Below are positions 18,943 to 21,330 of a stretch of 21,330 nt of DNA, one piece after another (position 1 is the first letter of the stretch; each line of letters starts with the position of its first letter). Source of the DNA: Amoeboradix gromovi X-113. Its lineage: Eukaryota > Fungi > Sanchytriomycota. The stretch lies in assembly GCA_018985225.1 (NCBI GenBank), contig JADGIF010000094.1, positions 1 to 21,330 on the forward strand. The letters run 5' to 3'. The notes beneath the pieces were generated by a model that was given only the letters and a program-made list of their open reading frames with translations, had not been told where the DNA came from and did not search any database. The position numbers and the translations under genes were made by a program.

Positions 18943-19213
18943 TGTTTCGAAAATTAAATAATTAAAAAAGAAATGCCACCTCTTGCGATGGATTCTTAAG
19001 TTATTATGCGCTGCCATAAACATAAGTCTTTGATGGAGTTGACAAAAAATTAAGTGTCTTAAAATATGCCCAGATAGATTTTAAGTATATTTGAAGAAGT
19101 AGAGAAGTAAGAAAGATTTGAAGACTCAGAGTATTTTCATGGGTAGAATATATCTGGATACAGTTACCAAGCTAATCTGAATTATGTTGGTACAAAAATT
19201 ACTTTTATAGTTT

Positions 19214-20425
19214 ATGAAACCGCAAATATATAAGCATATTAAACCATTTTTTACTGACAGCAACTACAAGTTCAACACTTTTAAAATAGCGTACGAGACC
19301 TGGGGAGACAAGAAAAATCCTGCAATATTACTATTCACTGGATTATCAGCCAATAGTCATGCAAAGTCAAACTCAAGTGATCCCACGAATGGATGGTGGG
19401 AGCAGTTTATCGGAAAAAACAAGCCTTTGGATAGTGATAAATTTTTTATTGTCTGTGCTAACTATCTGGGTGGCTGTCACGGTTCAACTGGCCCGAGTAG
19501 TTTTGATGAATCTGGGAAAAGATACGCTTTGAAATTCCCAGTTCTTACAATTTTTGATCAGGTTCGTGCTCAATTCCAGTTATTACATCATTTAGGCATT
19601 GAAAAGAACATACATGCTGTGGTGGGATCCTCGAAAGGTGGAATGGCATCGTTGGCTGCTGCTGCACTTTACCCTCAAGTTAAATCCGTCGTTTGCATAT
19701 CATCTTGTACAGCAACGCATCCATACGCAATCGGATTAAGAACTTCTCAACGACAAATATTAACCAGCGATCCAAATTGGAAAAATGGTAACTATTATGA
19801 ATCCGAGTTTCCTCACACTGGTATGAAACTAGCAAGAATGGTTGCTACAATTGGTTATAGAAGTGGTCCAGAGTGGGAACTAAGATACGGAAGATCTAGA
19901 AAAGTTGAGGCCACGGGCACAGCCCCTTCTTTATTGGAGCCTGAATTTCTAATCGAGACTTATTTAGACTATCAGGGTCGAAAGTATTCCGAAGGTTATG
20001 ATCCTAATTCCCTACTATATTTGTCGAAGTCAATGGATTTATTTGACATAAGTTGTGTTTACCATCCAAATGAGAATATTAGGCAAGAACTACTTAGGCC
20101 TGACCCTAGTGAGCCACCGAAGCAGCAGGATTTTTGCGTATCGTATCGTGAAAGACAAGATATATCTTGGTACAATACAGGTGATGATTACATGGTACAG
20201 GCCTTATCAAACATTTGCCAACCAATTCTGGTTTTAGGAGTTAAAACAGATATTTTGTTTCCGATTGATCAGCAAAGAGAACTGGCAGACAAACTAAAAA
20301 AATCTGGAAATAAGTATGTTACTTTTTATGAGATTGATTCGTTATTCGGACATGACACCTTTTTGCTGGACTTAACCTCAATTGGAGCTGCTGTAAAAGG
20401 ATTTCTAGAGACCAGAATTGAGTAA
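19214..20425 (+). CDS. MetX-family alpha/beta hydrolase, Cys2/CysA-type serine O-succinyl/acetyltransferase
   Basis: IAYETWG; LLFTGLSANSHA (TGLS rather than the HALTG of Met2); GWWEQFIG; NYLGGCHGSTGPSS; GSSKGG nucleophile elbow; DILFP; GHDTFL. May start at ATG 19184 via a 21-nt intron at 19190-19210. Confidence 0.85.
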   Translation: MKPQIYKHIKPFFTDSNYKFNTFKIAYETWGDKKNPAILLFTGLSANSHAKSNSSDPTNGWWEQFIGKNKPLDSDKFFIVCANYLGGCHGSTGPSSFDESGKRYALKFPVLTIFDQVRAQFQLLHHLGIEKNIHAVVGSSKGGMASLAAAALYPQVKSVVCISSCTATHPYAIGLRTSQRQILTSDPNWKNGNYYESEFPHTGMKLARMVATIGYRSGPEWELRYGRSRKVEATGTAPSLLEPEFLIETYLDYQGRKYSEGYDPNSLLYLSKSMDLFDISCVYHPNENIRQELLRPDPSEPPKQQDFCVSYRERQDISWYNTGDDYMVQALSNICQPILVLGVKTDILFPIDQQRELADKLKKSGNKYVTFYEIDSLFGHDTFLLDLTSIGAAVKGFLETRIE

Positions 20426-21060
20426 TCTAGTAAAAATAATTTTTTTACATCAAGGCACCATATATAGAGAATATGCCTCTAGAGCTTTCAAAGCTAGTAT
20501 TTTAAATTTCTCACAGTAAATGAGGACACGAATATCTTAACCAAGTAATTTACCAGCCCAAAGTTTATACTTAAGATAAGTTTAATTTCAAAGACCCTCT
20601 TAAGGCAATTAGTAATATAGCTTTCGAAAAGGCCTAGCATTGCAGATTTTGATTTATACTATGCTTTGTGCCTGGTGCCTAGTGTTTCTTGATAACAATT
20701 TTTCTAGTATGAGAGTTAATATTAAAACTAGTCTATAAGGTCCTTTTATATAGCTATTTGGAGCTGTTGGCTCAAAGTCCGAAACCTACCTTTGTCTAAG
20801 AATTGAAATTTAGAAATAAATTAATTTCAGTTAACTTCCTTATATTCAGGATTGTACTTCAAAGGATGACCGCCAGAGTATCAAAAACTTTTTACCTAAG
20901 TTTGTGACTTAGGCAAACCTTGACATTCTGATAGACTCTCCCCAGCAAAGTAAAGGGTATTTAAAGATTGATTTAAGCCAAGTAGAATTTTCCTTTAGTC
21001 AATATGAGGAGTCTGATTTCCTAAGACTATCAGAAGTAAATAAAAGACAGCCCAGCGATC

Positions 21061-21098
21061 ACTCAGGTAGCAACTCAGGTTATTACAGAAACTCAGGT
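21061..21098 (+). repeat. Three direct copies of ACTCAGGT
   Basis: At 21061-68, 21073-80 and 21091-98. Confidence 0.7.
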
Positions 21099-21108
21099 TT
21101 AAACAATT

Positions 21109-21330
21109 GGGACATCAAATATAAAAACTGGACTAACTTTCAGTAACAACTTGGAACATTATTTCGGCTTTATTAATTTTATGGATTTAAGAAGCGAGTG
21201 GACATTCAGCTAGTTGCGGAGTTGACGAGTATAAAAGGAAATAAATAACTTTTTGTGTCGAAATTTAAAAAATAAATATTCTGTACAGCTAGTCTCTTAC
21301 TCATCCAATCTTTATTTCAAATAAAATATC
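21109..21330 (+). mobile_element. Left end of GGGAC-TIR element, copy 3 (no right end seen before the window end)
   Basis: GGGACATCAAATATAAAAACTGGACTAACTTTC...CATTATTTC...TATTAA aligns with 16076-16145. Confidence 0.85.

Noticed and set aside
1-21330. Non-standard genetic code, CRISPR array, tRNA or rRNA
   Set aside because: Long genes have no in-frame stops and end in TAA, TAG or TGA. No spaced repeat array or recognisable tRNA/rRNA was seen.

Overview
AT-rich, very compact eukaryotic window, most likely from an early-diverging fungus or fungal relative (inference from gene content; standard genetic code). Housekeeping genes are packed nearly end to end: PRP8, a Pho85-type cyclin, a CSC1/OSCA channel, Elongin C, a coiled-coil unknown, CCDC174-like, C11orf65/CXorf58-like, HUT1-like nucleotide-sugar transporter, tafazzin, RPN3 and a Cys2-type MetX acyltransferase. 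The introns I can infer are only 19-21 nt. The main signal is in the intergenic gaps, which hold relics of eukaryotic RNA-guided Fanzor (TnpB-derived) elements of two kinds. (i) Three copies of a TIR-less Fanzor2/IS607-like non-autonomous element (~309-786 +, ~11715-12296 -, ~12446-12612 +) keep the RuvC/zinc-finger tail and a conserved, structured ~100-nt 3' end (candidate omegaRNA) that stops at TTAAYGAG(G). (ii) Three copies of a GGGAC-TIR element (1-137, 16076-16503, 21109-end); the complete copy carries a collapsed Fanzor1-like mini-ORF and a structured right end (second candidate omegaRNA). A decayed Fanzor1-like gene at ~11340-11715 is interrupted by one of the Fanzor2 elements. No intact nuclease gene is in the window. 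All family assignments come from recalled motifs and by-eye alignments, not database searches.
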